Part shown: positions 1 to 15,500 of the stretch, piece by piece
Position numbering within the stretch: position 1 is the first letter of the stretch
How the letters are laid out: each line of letters starts with the position of its first letter
Assembly: GCA_051362555.1 (NCBI GenBank)
Contig: CM120640.1
Location: 47,470,788 to 47,534,787, forward strand
DNA: 64,000 nt
Direction of reading: 5' to 3'
Source: Lingula anatina
Lineage: Eukaryota > Animalia > Brachiopoda
Made by a program: the position numbers and the translations under genes
The notes under the pieces: model-generated
Database searches by the model: none
Seen by the model: the letters and a program-made list of their open reading frames with translations, nothing else
What the model was told of the DNA's origin: nothing

Positions 1-897
1 ATTCTATAGCTGGGCTCATGCATAAGTTAACCAGGACCAGCATGACCTTCATGTCAAAAGAAATGTGTTCAGTGCCAGTGGGTACTTATGTCATAAAAGT
101 CACAGCATTCTTTGCAAAACAATGTTCAGTTGATATTCACATTGGGCTTCGAATATGATTAAGACAGTTTTTAAGAAGGCTAGTTACATATTATATTGCA
201 TTATAATATTTAATTCTTAGTTGTCATCATAAGGAATTACCCATGTCCAAAATCTGTGCAGATTGCCAAAATGCAAATATGAGACCACCTCATGAATATT
301 AAAAAAAAAAAATGTTTTCACATTCATTCATCCATTACCGAAAGGTGCACACCAAATGTAAACTGTCTTTTACATAATACAAAATTAATATGATTTTATC
401 ATCATTTTAATTTTACATTTAATAAAGTGTACATGAATTTAACAAGTATGTTTATGTTATTTCATAATTAACTAATACGTTATTTTAATTTTACATTAAA
501 AATAAAGTGTATCTTCTTCAAAGCCCCTTCATCATTATGGAGTTTTGGCATTGGAGAGAACCTCTTCATAGTGGACTTTGGTCATAGCAAACCTTTGTCA
601 TACTGAAACCTCGTCAAAGTATTGACTGCATGTGAAATTTGAAGTTAATGGTGCCCTATATCAAGAACTATAAAAAATGGAATATTGCCTTTTTCCCTTG
701 TAATAAAAATGAATGTTATAGGCACATCAGAATTTGCAATTTAGAATATTGTTACGCCTAAACTGGTCTATTAATTGAAGAGGGGGTGGTGATCAAAACA
801 TTAATTTGTCCATATAAGTGTCTAGGCTTTATCTCAATCCACTAGAGTATAGTTTACTGATGATCTAATTTAATGTGTTGATGGATTCATGATTTAC

Positions 898-1440
898 CCT
901 ATGGACCAGACAATATAGATTGCTCTATTACTGGTTAAAGTAATAATGTTCATTGTAGACCAGCCAGATAAAAGAACCAACTGCCGTTGCAGGTGTAATA
1001 TCTTTAAACACACAATGTTCTTCACATCTGGTCTTCCATCTTCTTTAAAGACAGTCAAAAACCAATCGATTTTGCCATTTTCTGTGAACTTTTCATTAAC
1101 TGCCCGGAACCTTTCATTAATTTCCCGTGAATCTTTCATTAACTGGTACTTCTGATCTTTTTCTGATGCATCCAGCACCTGCATGTTTTCAATACTAGCT
1201 TCAGGCTTTTCTGAAATGATTATTTTTCTCTCTCCTTAAAGTTTGAAAAGTCATTTAAGCTAAATGTTTTATAGCTACATTGTTACAGAATGTTTACTTT
1301 CTGACATTCGCACCTGTAGTTTCTCAATAGTAAACTTGATTCTATATAAATCTGGTAAAAAAGACATTTTCTCATATCTTAACTTTTGGATTACAATTAA
1401 GTCTTGGTATCAATCCATGCCGAAGTCCAGGACTTTTAAG
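898..1440 (-). pseudogene. Possible decayed, spliced antisense gene fragment inside an ADGRV1 intron
   Basis: Exon-like block 898-1210 (TTTCAG|..KPEASIENMQVLDASEKDQKY...|GTAAAT), preceded by a phase-compatible block ending at a GT donor near 1312 that carries in-frame stops. No family recognised. Confidence 0.25.
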
Positions 1441-2806
1441 GACAATTTCTGTCATGTAAGATTTAAATTCCTAACCACTGGTAATTAATGCACATAACAC
1501 CTGAGTTTGGTCAAGGTGGAACCAAAAAATTCCCCCCTAGTGAGTTTTTGTGAAATCCTTATTTCTTAAGTTGCCTCAAATGATACCACAGCATATAAGC
1601 CAAAGAGTAATGACCTTCTCAAAGCTAACATAATAACCTCCTACTTGTTCAAGGTGATATTTGTGCAATTTTAAAGCAATTATTGGTGACACCCAATAAT
1701 CATAGGAAATGTCTTAGTTGTTGGTTATTATTGAGCAGCTGACATAGGCTTAAATGTGATATTATGAATTTTTAACAATCTCATAATGTGAAAGCTATCA
1801 GCTGTAGAGGCTGACCCTTATTTATTGGAAGCTATCACTTCGAAAGCTGACACTCGTCCGAAATAACAATAACAATTTAGGTGACACATCCTTAATTAGG
1901 GAAATGTTGTCCTGGGTGACACTTGTTGAAATATAAAAATATACACTTGGATGGCGTGTTTAATGTGCATAAAGTCATGTGTGAAAGTCATTGGCTTAAT
2001 TAAGGAAGCCTTTATGAACCACAAGGAGACGGCATTACCAATTAATGACCATTGCCATAAATCTCTAAAAGCATTATTTTTGTGTCCCAAACCATAAGCA
2101 GGCGACTACAATCAAAATATGGACACTCTCACTTCCTGTGAATCTTGTTCATTACATCCTAAAAGGACAGTTCATGCAAAATTTTATCACCCCATATAAC
2201 TGCCACTTTGTTATAAACAGATCAAGATAGATTTAAACGCATTCATTTTGATATTTTCTCATTGTTTATTCTCTGTCATTTACTATAATGAAGGAAAAAT
2301 AATTAATTATTAATAAACTTACTTTTCAGCTACACATAACACTGTGTGAAAATTTATATAATATGCACTTATGTCAGCTGTGGTCTATGTCTCTTGATGA
2401 ACTGTGGCATACATCACTTGATGCTGAACACTTACTGAAAAACCAATATACTCAACAACTACTAATTTTTGAATATGTAGAATAAATTTTTAATCTGCCA
2501 GGATGTTATGTATAATGCATGACTTGGTGCACACACATTGCTCATTAATACTGATTCAGAATTTGTTTATCAATTATTTGAAAGTTTTAAACAGAATCAT
2601 AAGGCATATGGTAGTACATTGAATAACTGTGCTGAAATTATGTTTTGAAAATTAAAATTTTATTACACAACCAGTGTTTTAAATTTGAAAAATCTCAATT
2701 GTACTTTGTTTTAGACTAGCAAGATTCTGTTAGACGTTACAGTATACCTCTTCAGCATAGAAGAGAAACAAAAGATGGATGATTAACAGAATTAAATTTT
2801 TTCCAG

Positions 2807-5800
2807 ACATTTGAGGTGCAGTTGCTGGGTGTGACTGGAGGGGCAGTCCTGGGGGCAGAGACCAGTGTCACTGTGGCCATTATGAAAAATGATTCACCAT
2901 ATGGACTCTTTGGGTTTGCCACCACTCAGGTAAGTTTACTCAGGTAGGACTTAAAAAATAAAATTCAAATGCTTATCAGGCAGGCAAGTACAATGAAATT
3001 TGGTCTTCATTGAATTGGATATGCTTTTTTTTAAACAGGTACCTCCACTGTGTACCTCTGCAGAAAAATGAAAAGCTATCAGAATAAAGCAGTTTTCCTC
3101 ATGTAAGATTTGGCAAAATCTATAATGTGAAATGTTCTTGTAAAATGTAGCAATCCTGTTCTGCAATATACCAGTGATTTTAGCACATTTACTAGACTGC
3201 ATATCCTGAAAGGAGAAAAACCAGACATTATTTGATCGCTTAGCCAATATTGATTGGTCCCGTCAGTGTATTAACCCTTACCATATTTGATACAACATGA
3301 TAGTTCGTCATAATCGCATCTGTTTGGTAGACATTTCTCTGCTCTACGTGCAAAGTTCACACATATGGGGGTGAGTTAATGGCACTCACTTTTGAGAAAT
3401 GAATCAAATCTGGGGCATTATCTCTGTGGTCTATCATCTGAAAAACCGATATTTTTCATGCTGTCGATTTATTTTGGATTTATTTTTATTTTTCTGTCCT
3501 TTTGAATTTGGTTTTACGATTCTCTGAGGAATGCTCTGATATTTGATGTGATATTGTACAGTAATTTAGTCTCTTCCCTTGACTCAAGTATAGAGGTTTG
3601 ACTAGACCATTGTACAAAATAAGCTTTCTCAAGAGAAAACTGTCTTTTCCGATTGCCATTTATGGTTTATAAAGTAAATGTGATTGGAGCATTTACTTTG
3701 TTATCCTTGGCAATAAAATATTGAATTGTGAATGCACATTGTAAACGTAAATGAAAATGCTCACATGATGTAACTTACAATGAGTGCTATGGTATTTTAT
3801 TTGTGTATGCATTGGTGTAAGGGTTTTTAGCTATAGATTATCATCAGTCTGTATTGGCCATTAATAGCAGGGGTATTATGAAGGACATTTTTTAACAATG
3901 AAATGCAAGTTTACTTATATTTGGTACACTGACAAAGCTGAAATTCTTTATTGAATATAACATGGAAAGTCTTGTAAACAATAAAATTTTAGTCATCACA
4001 TTGTCTTTCAGAAAACTGTTCAAGAATCCAAGACAGAAACTGATGCCAATGGGCAGGTGACCTTTGACATTGTTCGTACTCAGGGATCAGAGGGCACAGT
4101 GACAGTGGGATGGAGACTGGAGGCTGCGGCACAGAATGATTTCCAGCCGCCGTGGGCTGGAACTGTTACTTTTGGTCCTGTGAGTACCATTAGTCTGACA
4201 TGGGAATAGTGAAGAAATAAAAGCCATTATTTTATGTCACTCCCATGGGTTACAGGCTGCCACAGCACTCTGAAAATTAATGCTAAAAGGAAAAGAGAAC
4301 ATGAAAGATAGTATATTGATATTAAAACTATTTGATATTAGAGGTTATGCTCTGTGCACATATTCTGTAATCATTAAGTGAAGTATTGGGTATATGTGTT
4401 GCCAATTGACATAATATGTTTTTGTTATTTATAATTGAATTTGAATTGTTAATATATCAAATCATTACTGTTTTTTTTTTTTTTTTCAGAGTGAGACAAG
4501 TAAGAGTATCACTCTGCGTACCCGTCGGGACACCATATTGGAAGGCGAGGAACAGTTCAGACTAACACTGATCTCTACAGACCTTGGAGAAATCTCTCCC
4601 ATCAGTGGTGAAGCTACAATTGTCATCCTTCCTGATGCTGGTGCTACAGGGATTATTTCAATATTGGATGACTACAAGCATATCTTTATAGGTAGATATG
4701 AGAACATTTGTCTGTAAATTGAAAATGGGAAAATGATTTTAAGCAATTAGCTTTCTATGAACTCACTGGGATGTGAAACTTAAAGAAAACAGATGATCAG
4801 AGTCAGAAAAGAAACTGCTTGTTTCAGTGATATGCTGGATGAATGGCAGTTGAAAAAGAAACAGTGTATTTTTTTATAAAATATTTTATTCTGGGTTTTG
4901 AGACAAAAGTTGAAATTTGTGTTCAAAAATATATATCTTATCTTTATTTTTACAGTTTTTTTTTTTTTTTTTTTTTTTGAAAGTATGATCAATTATTTTA
5001 TATAACATAAAGATGTCTTTAATTTCACCTATTTTTTATTTCAATAGGTGAACCTAGCAGCTCATTCTCAGGTCATGCAGTGATCAGACTCAGCCGAGGT
5101 ATTGGTAATTTTGGAGAGGTCAAGGTCGGCTGGCAGATCACCCCCAGCACGCAGGCTGTCAATGCATTCACACAGGCCACAGGGGAAGCAACTTTTGCTG
5201 ATGGACAACAGTTTACAGAAATTAATTTACAGGTTATTATGATATATTTGTTTAACAACTTGTCACAACTTTATAAGGCTAAACTACTGCTCTTACTGTT
5301 ATGTTACATATTCCTTTGCATATGGAATTAGTAACATTTGAAAAAATATTTAAAAGTAATTTTCCTATTGTTCTGGCCACAAAAAGAAAAATATTTATTT
5401 TGCAAAGATATACCAAGAGAAGAACTGAACCACCAGAATGAATTTGGTAAACTGATTAGACATCCAATAAGTTTTAAGTGCACAAATTTATTGCTGATGT
5501 TAGTACAAATTTAGAGTACACCCTACTCCACTAATTGAAGCATATTTCAATCTGACACATGGGACTCATTGTAAACTTATTTCTATTAAGCAGTGCCCAG
5601 GAAAAAGCCATTAGTAAATTTTTTGCAAGAATATTGTATCCTCACCAGGTATTCAATTTGAACCGAGGACAGTAAGGCCTGAGTAGAGGGAGGGTCCATT
5701 GGTTATCAGTTATAAAGTAAAAAGGTTGTAGAATTATTACTCATATACATTTACATATAATTGGTGAAAAATGACAGAAAATATACATGGATATTATTAC

Positions 5801-8800
5801 CAGATGTAAATTTAAGTTTGCAGACACCTGCAAATAACCACTTGACTATACTCTGTTATGATCTGGGCCTCTTTGGCCTTTCTACATTGTTATACATGAT
5901 ATCTTTTTGTTAAAAATTGTATATTTGAAAATAAAAATGTTATGAGTTCCATCAAAATCAATTAAAGCTGAGATATGAAAAAAAAAGTTTGATTCTACAT
6001 TTTGAAGGTGCCATAATTGAAAAATGTGTCTCAGCTCATCTCAAGATTTTCTTCTCCCCCCCCCCCCCCCTTCACCTAGTGAGGTTACAAGCTCAGGAGA
6101 AGCAGTTCTGTAGTCCTACTGTAGATCCTATTGATTGTTTTTTAATTTCTAAGCAAAATTTAATGCAAATACATGCAGAGCAAAGTATACTTCTCCTGAA
6201 AGGAAATAAAAAGTAGGATTTTCCTGTCACATAAAACTAACAGTGCCATTATCCAAGCAGTGTTTATTGGACTTGGATGGTTGGACCTAAGAATTTCGAT
6301 ATGTGGTATAACTTTGGAAATGGAACATGCAATGCAAAAGTCATTTTAAGACTTGTGCATCTCTCAAATTGCCAGATATGTCTGTGTTTTTTTATTCTAA
6401 ACTTATGTAGGCTGTTTCAATTCACATATGTTAGTTTGCCGTGGTCATGAATAAGTCATCTGCACTTGTATTTCTGGCAAATGAGTAAATGAGTTTTATT
6501 TTCTGGAAAAAAGTTAAACATGAGAGCTTTGATATGCCACATTTTTTTTATATAAATTATTAATCACAGCTTGCCTTGAACCCACTGTGAAGTTTTAATT
6601 ACTAACTGATACAGGCATCAAAGTCCTTTTAACCTTTGGTTAAGGACATGGCCTCTTAAAGCATTAAAGAAAAAGAATTATTCAATGTAAATTTTCTAGG
6701 CTGAAGATGATGACATTCCTGAGGCCAGAATGACCTTCACCTTGAAAATCACCTCAGCTACGGGAGGTGCTACCATCTCCACTCTGCCGGGGGCAAATGA
6801 GGCTACAGTTGTTATGGTAGCCAGTGACTATCCTCATGGGTTATTTGAATTCAGTCCACCAGCTCAAATAACTGAGATTGAATTTGACAAACAGGTAAAT
6901 GATAATTGCCCTGTTCAAGTGGTTTTACAATAAAATCATTGGAAGCCATTTTTGATCATTGAAGATAAAGATGAGCCCTAATATCTCTTTATTTCATGCT
7001 GAAACATATGCCAGGTTTAGTCTGATTTTGACAGATTGTATTACAAAATCTGTAAGTGGATTTGATTCATTATTGTATCTTACATGGTTGATACCCATGT
7101 GAAGAGAAATTCCCTCTGGTGGTACCCATGAGAAAATAAATTTCCTCTGGTAGTTATAAACGTCGATATCCCCTCATGCTCAATTTTTTTATATTGAATG
7201 GTTTGAATGAACAATCAAATACGCGTTTAGATGAAACCCAAAACTCTATTTTAAAGCATATTTTTGTACGCAATCTGCTACAGGTATCAGTCTCCATCGT
7301 CAGAAATGGAGGAAGCGCAGGCCAAGTGAGGGTCACCTTTGCCACTTCTCCTGGTACTGCCACTGCAGGCCAAGACTATGTGGACCAGTCTGGAACACTG
7401 ACCTTTGCTGAGGGTCAGACAAGGCAGACGGTCATCATAAGAATCAGAGATGATGATGTGCCAGAAGGACCAGAGCAGTTTTATGTGAATATCACAAAAG
7501 TGGAACTTCAAACACCAAGGTGAGAGTTGGGTTTTGCATGTGATTAATATATCAAGTTTGTCACACCATGTCATATTCAAGATCAAGCAATTTATTTTCC
7601 AAAATCCCTGTGGTGTGTACTGTTTTAACTCACAAATATACCCTGAGTAGCAGAGTATCTAAAATTCAGGTGTTTCCATTATTTCACTGAAACTAAATAT
7701 AATAATGCAGAACAAACATAGCAGATGACCTAACTGCTAATCCAGAGCAATGAAAATGTGTCTGATAATTGATCATGTCTGCTATGATTAAACACCAAGA
7801 CTAATGAACACCAGAAGATAAAAAAGCTGACTGTGTTTGGATGACGGGCGATCACTTTTGTAAAGATCAAGGGCATGATGTTCATGACTTTCAATCTTAT
7901 ATGATGCTGCTTATTATTATCATTTGATCTTTTAGTTTGTAGGTTGAAAAACAAAACAGCACTGATGTGTGAAAGTGAACATAGTTTGGCTTTTTGTGCA
8001 TTACTAATGCTATAGCAGAGCTACTATATTTGAAAGTTTCTTTTTTAAGCTGATTTTTTGTTGATAGAATGGTTTTATGAACAGAATTAACATTGACAAG
8101 AAATCGACCAATTTTTGACATCATCAGACAACCATGATAACCAAATTAAATACAGAAATCTCTAGCAAGATTGTGTTCCTTATATAATCTGGGAATAATA
8201 AAGGGTCACAGTTTATCCTAATTCCAGCTGGAGTTAGTCCTTTATTTGATGAAATCCTTATTTTTACATGGACTTTCTTTTATGCATTGAGATAACTACC
8301 TGTTTGCTGATTCTTCTCTTTAAATTGTCTGTCATTACCAACAGTTTTGATGTCTGATCTGGAAATGTGTTGTGAAGGTTTGAAACTTTCCATTTCCATT
8401 GCCAATTATCCTATTATTTTAAAAATAACATGTGTTAATGGAAGGAATTGTCCCTAATACACGTTCCTAATAAGTGCCTAGATCATTACCTAAAAAAAGT
8501 CAACCAATCCATCTTCGAAAGATTTTAGATTACTTTTTCAGACAATTTGAACACTCTGAGGGAAGCAGTAAATGCTAGATAAAATGATAGCAGATTAAAG
8601 TGAGGTAATAGATTATGGCACATAAAGAGCACGAGGGTATTCTTTCAATGACATCATACATTATCTAGAAAACTTCAAATTTTTGTGCAGCACATTCTGT
8701 TAAATAGTCTTCTTATAAATTGTTAATTTGTTGATAGAATAAAACATTCTAAGGAAGACAATTTTAAAGTACTTTGAAGGGAAGTTGTTAGTTTTGAAAA

Positions 8801-9508
8801 ATTCTTACTTTATGCCCAGTTTAAATTACTGTATTAAAATAATTTAATTTCAATTTCAGTGCATGAAAATATATTGATATTCATTGTGTCAAAATCCTAA
8901 TTTTTTTGATACAGCTTTTAGTGTAAGGCGGCATGCACGACTAAAGATGATCAGCAGTCTAACAGATCTGTGGATAAAATATGACCAACCTACTTGAAAG
9001 TTTACTGTGTAATCCCCACGGGGAATCTGTTTAGTGTCTATTAGGAGATTATACAGCAAGCTTTCCCTAAGAGTAGTTCATTAAGAACTTTCCATAATTG
9101 CAATGCTGGTAAATAATAAAATTCAATATCACTCCTTACAGAGTCTTGCCTTTTAAAACAGTTTGTAACAGTGACTTTACAACAAAATTATTACTCGTTT
9201 CGCTTTCCATTCCAGCATCAACAACTACACATTACTGCCCAATGGACTTCAACTGGACATGCCTCCAGGAATAGGGCCCCTGTCCACCAAGATTATTGTC
9301 ATAGACAAGAATGACAATGCTGAGGGGGTTATTGAGTTTGCACCAGAATCCATCAGCTTTATAGGTGAGGAGGAACTATGGTCTCTTTGATAAATATGAT
9401 TTAATCCGTTAGGTCATCAGTATTGATCGCACTGTTCCCTCATCCATCTGTCACTGAGCTGTGGCTGAGTTTAACCATAAATTGTAGCCTTACTTTGCTC
9501 TTGTGCTT

Positions 9509-9557
<49 letters not shown>

Positions 9558-12500
9558 TGTGAGTTTGTGTGTGTGATATACCAATAATTTCTTTCTTTGT
9601 ATTTTATCAGGATATTTATTTGGCATTCTGTTAATTTTCACTTCTGATTATCCAGAGGAATTAAAGGTAGCAATAAACGCATTGGGTTATTTACCTGAAT
9701 AGATTGACTTACTAATTATAGAAAATATCTATGATTTTCCTTAATGCCATCAATATTACCTATACATGTTTTCTAAAAAACATCAAGATTAAAAGAAACA
9801 TTACAAACATTCCAGCCAGAGAAGAAGGAGGCATAGCCAGGGTACCTGTGATACGCAAATTGGGTTCCTATGGACGTGTGTCTGCCACATTTTCATCAAG
9901 TGGTATAACAGCCACAGCGGGACTGGACTATCTTCTCCAGGATGGGGAGATTGTGTTTGGGGATGGAATGATGTATAATACCATAAATATTACTGTGAGA
10001 GATGACAGCGACAGGGAGATGGCTGAAACTTTGGACCTGAGACTGACTGGGGTCTCTGGTAAGTACATATTGTTATGGCAGTTCTTTTTGAAATGTTATT
10101 TATTTATTTATTTAAAGCATTGAGCATTTAAATCTGTTGTTTGTTTTAGTTTTGGCATGGTTCATTGATTACCAGTTTGTCACTTCGCAGTTATATGTTG
10201 TCTGTACATTACAAAGGTTTACTGTCTAGATCTCTTTTGCATACATGAATTATTTTCTCTTCATTTTGATGAGCACTAGATTAAAAGATGCCCAAGGGCA
10301 GGATTTTTTTCATAACTGTTTAACAAGCATGATTTTTTTTAAAATTCAGTTTGAACTTGACACATTGCTGTTAAGTCATTTTGAGAATTACTTATGTTTT
10401 GAAATATTTTCCATGAGTAGGTCTTATAATTTTATGTGGTCACAAGGGTGGAATGAGGTGATCTTTAAGTTGATTTAGAAGATGGTCTGAAACTTCAGAG
10501 ACATTTGTATAATTGAATTTTTTTAAATTGACTTGGTGAAGATCGAAGCCGACTAGACCTGCCCCGTTAAAGCAATGTCTGACTTACTTACCAACACTGT
10601 CATTTTCAGTTTGACTGGAAGGGATAATGTAATGGAATAATAGAATTGTTATTCTGCCCATACAGTTAATCAGGAGCCCAGTTCATACAAATAACAGTGC
10701 ATAGATTGTGTCATTTGAGTTAATAAGACATAATTTAATATCAAGTAATGGAACTATATATGACATTTCCTACTTATGCTGTGAAGAATGAAAAACTAAT
10801 GCAGTGTAATATGATATAATATATTGCTATTCTACACACACCTAGGAATACTCAGGATATCAGCTGTTTTTGTAAAGAAACCATTATTTACTTAGCTCAG
10901 TGCTGTGGGACATGCTGTAAATCATAATGCTAAGTTAATTCAATTAAGTCAAGTAATACAATACAATTTACGGTGAAAGTAGTGTGATAAATTAAAAGTG
11001 AATGTTGGGCAGTATACAGTAATCATAAGGCCAGCACTGATGTAGGAAACCAATCTAATTTTAAGCTGTTGAATTATTCTTAATTTCTGTGATAATAGCC
11101 AGTATAAAATAAACTGGCAATGTGAAAACAAGGCAAGGCAGTGATCATTGCCAAGTCATACTTCACCAACAAATTAAGCAATATATATATATACAAATTA
11201 ACCAACCAACAAAGTAATATATAGAAATTAACATACATACTGCCAATCTCTCATTCTTTGTAATCAGTTTTTCTTTTCACTTTTCATTGCCCAATTTAGG
11301 AGGTGCCAGACTTGGTGCTCAGACAACCTCCATGGTGACCATAGCCAAGTCAGACTATCCCAATGGCAAGTTCAGTTTCCTCGGCCAGACTGAGATTATC
11401 ATACCAAACCCTGCACAACCCAGGCAGCTCACTTTTACTATTGCCAGAACTGAGGGCCAAGTTGGCTTCCAAACAGTAAGTGAACCTTTCCAGTATGAAC
11501 TTTTTTGTTGATATTAAATTATTGAGTAAATTGGATTGAGTGAAATGGGGCACTACTGTTTAATATTGGGTATGCTTCTGTGCACCATTGAGTTATGTGA
11601 GGTATTTAAGAACTTACACTGTCATTCTGGTATTATATGACTAAAATAAATGCCTTTCCTAGATTTTTTTTCTAAAACAAAAAGAAATATATATATGTTC
11701 CCCATTTTTCCATCTTCATTTTAGCTACGCTGGAGAATCTTGGGGCCAAACAACTTCAAGTTAGTCCTTGAAGAGACCAATGATGTGGCCTACCAGTTGA
11801 ACAACAGGGAGTTGACCAGTGGTACCTTGAGCTGGGGGAACAATGAAGGTGGAGCCAAGACCTTCACACTGACCATCAAACCTCACACTGTATGGGAGAT
11901 CCAGAAGATATTTGTGATAGAGATATTGGACATTCAGGCCTCGCCTCCTGGGGAAACCAACGGAGAGGTGGACCCTCTGGCAGGCAATGTTACCCTTACT
12001 GTAAGTTTCTTAAGCATTCATTTTTGTATGCTCACTTTTCATCACATATTCTGGGTTAATTTTAATGCTCAACTGATATGCTTGAGAAAAAAAAAAAAGA
12101 ATTATGGTGGTTTGAATTAATATACATTGATACGAATATGTTCAACCAATGAATAAAAGAAGATATGGATGTGAAAACCTTTAATATAACCTGCAGTATT
12201 TGTTTCTCTAAAACATTTAATGGATTGGCGTTGTGAAACTCAAATCAAGTCTCAACCAGTTCAAATGATGCTGTTGTTTTATTGTACAGATATTGAAGCA
12301 TGGTGACCCCAATGGTATAGTACATTTCTCTGGTGTAGCCCAGTCTCCCCGCACTGCTGTAGAGCCCTCAGCTGTGGAAGGAGGGAGGCTCCTCAGCTTT
12401 CCTCTCTATAGAAGGGAAGGAACTATTGGAAATATTGTGGTAAGAAACCGAAAGCTCTGATCAGCTTGCTGCTTTATAAATTGATGATAAGAAGCTGCTG

Positions 12501-15500
12501 GAAAATATTAGAAAAAGGTATTCAAGTATTTTTGTGGAACAAATAGATAAATGTTTTATTTGTAGGACTGTGAACAGGATGGACAGTAGGCAATATAACA
12601 GACAGCAACTTTCTAGATTATGTATAAGCACTTCAAGTGAATCATAGTGATTATACGTAATTTGACCTGTTTTTAAAAAGGATCACAATTTAGTAACAGA
12701 TATACAATGTATTCTCCCCCCTTACTATACAGGTCCAGTGGCAGGTTGTAGGGCCCCAGGGATCGGTGCCTGACATTGAACCAATGAAGGGAAACACTAC
12801 CATTGCTGCTGAAAAAAGGGATTCTGAGATTTTGCTGAGAATTCTGCCTGACGATGAACCTGAACTTGATGAAACCTTCACATTACAATTGCTAAGGGTA
12901 GAAGGAGGAGCTGAGGTTGACACCCAGTTTAACACTTCAACTTTTACCATACAGTAAGTAATTAACAAAGAAAACGTATGAGTGCTACATATGGATCTAT
13001 GGTATCAGAAGAATGATAATTATTAATGTGTCAAAATAAACACAATTTAAAATTTGGGTAGCATATTATGAATTTCATTGATGAAGTAAATTTTTGTCAT
13101 ATTTTAAAATCATCAGCCTATTTAATATTTGTTTTCAGTAAATTGCATTGTAATAATAATAATAATAATAATAATAGTAATAATAATAATAATAATAATA
13201 TGATTTAAACATTTAATATCACTTCCAACAGATACAATGATGACCCTCATGGTGTGTTTGGTGTGGAGTCCAAGTATCAGACTGTCATAGTGGACACAGT
13301 AGACTACAGCCGCCATGTTAGAATCAACATCACCAGGTTTGCTGGCAGTGTGGGCACTGTGCGCATTAGCTACGGCATTGTTTATGATCAGGTAACATTT
13401 CTTTTAATTCTTCTTTTAGAGAGGGGAGGGTGTTAATTGGTCATTTTTCAGATAGATCTGCATGCTTTGTGTGTGACATTGCATTTTTGGTTGATGCCTC
13501 ACATAAGAAAATGACATATCTTTGATTGATGCCTTTAACTGTTCTATTCTTCCTGTTGATTTTTTATTTTCATTTGTTGACTTGGCACAGTTACTGATTT
13601 TCACCAAAGTTAAATGTTCCATTTAATTTTTGATGCAGTACTTTGTTAATTGGTAGCCATCTGAAACTTGTGTGTAAATTTTTACGTTGGACCCCAAGGT
13701 CAGGTTTTTTACTTTGATAGATGAAGTTAGTCTAAATGCCAGGATAGGTCTGTGCATTTGACGGCTTTTGCTGCTTGGTTGTTCTTGCATTTCAATTATC
13801 TTGATTATTGCTTTTCTGAGTTTTTATTTTCATTCACATTCTGTACTTATGCACTAGAGTTTTCATCTATTTTCTTTTATCATTGATTGCAGCCTGAGCT
13901 TCAGTCTAACAGAACAAAAAGACAGGTGTGACCTTTCACAATTTTATTATTTTTTATACTATTTATTTGCACTTGATTAGTTTTATTTGCTCTTTTATTA
14001 TTTTTTCTACTGGTACTAACTACCGGTATTTTTGTTTCAACAATGAAGGTATATACATATATATGTGAAAACCTGGCATTCAAATCTGATTAAGTCTTTT
14101 TGATTTAAATAATTTGATATTTTAATTTAATTAAATATCCATAAAAAATACAATTCAGATGTAAAAGATAATTTGACCACTCACTGCATTGTTCTCTACA
14201 CGTCTTAGGCCCAGTCTGGTATAACATATGTTCCTGGCACAGACTCGGTCACTTTCCAACCAGGGCAGACATTTGCCATCAAGACACTCAGGGCGGCTAA
14301 TGATGTTTTCTTAGAGGAAGGGTCAACCTTTACACTGACTCTCACAGATGTCAACTATATTGGAGTTGCAGGTGAGTTTACTAAGTAAGATATTGGAAGT
14401 ATGAGAAGCCAATTTTTTATTATGAAATTAATGCAACAGATCATGATTTTTCATGCTTTTTTCCTTTTGATTTATTAGTTTTCATGGTATATAAGATGAT
14501 AAGATGATATGTTACATTTTTTTTTTTTTTTTTTTTTTGCTGTTTAAAGAATTATGTTCATGGAAATACCTTATTTCCTCATTACATGAATAAACTTAAT
14601 ATCTTTTGTGGAATGACTCAATCAGAGATATTGAAGTTTTCCATACAAAAACTAGCTATAAGGTCAAAAGAATCAGTGCTACTCTAATTAATTGGAAATA
14701 AGGGCATTTGTTATTCAATTGTAAAGTAGAATATGAAAAAATATGCATCTTAAAAAAAATGAATGTAATATTTAGAGCATTTGTCATGATGCATGAATCA
14801 AAGGGTTGAAAAAGCAACTTGCACAGTAGATAAACATGAAAGAGTATCAAAAGCATTGCAAAAACAAGGGTTAAAAGAATCAGTGCTACTCTAATTAATT
14901 GGAAATAAGGGCATTTGTTATTCAGTTATAAACTAGGAGATGAGAAAAATATGTAAATTTGAAAAGAAATGAATGTAATATTTAGAGCATTTGACATGCA
15001 TGAATCAAATGGTTGAAAAAACATTTTCCACAGTAGATAAACATGAAAAGGTATCAAAAGCATTGCAAAAAAAAAAAAAAAATAGAAAATGAAGCCGTGA
15101 AATTGAAGATAAGCGTAGGACATATTGCAAAACCTGAAATCTTTGATGTCTGTGATTTAGCCTTTGAAGTCTTCAGTTAGTGACTAAATGTAATGATTCA
15201 TAACACAAACCAAAGAAACCATTGCTCTGTTACCAAAGCTAAGCAAGCATTAAGAAAAATTAATCAATGCACTGAAAAAAGACTTGTGATGATCTGTTCC
15301 TTTCAGTGGCTACACCCCCACGCCTTGCCGCAGGACAGGCTGTTGTCAAGGTAGTCGTTCCTCCAGAGGCAGCCAATAGCATCATTGGATTTGACAAGAC
15401 AGTTGTGAATGTCAATGATAGTGAGTATAATCCATTCAGAGAAATTAATAACCTAAAATGTTTCTTGGAATTGCCAATGATAAGTATATCATACAGGATA

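Noticed and set aside
3271-3600. Possible piggyBac-type MITE (TTAACCCTTACCATATTTGA ... TCAAGTATAGAGGTTTG)
   Set aside because: The right end is too degenerate and lacks TTAA, so it cannot be supported by eye.
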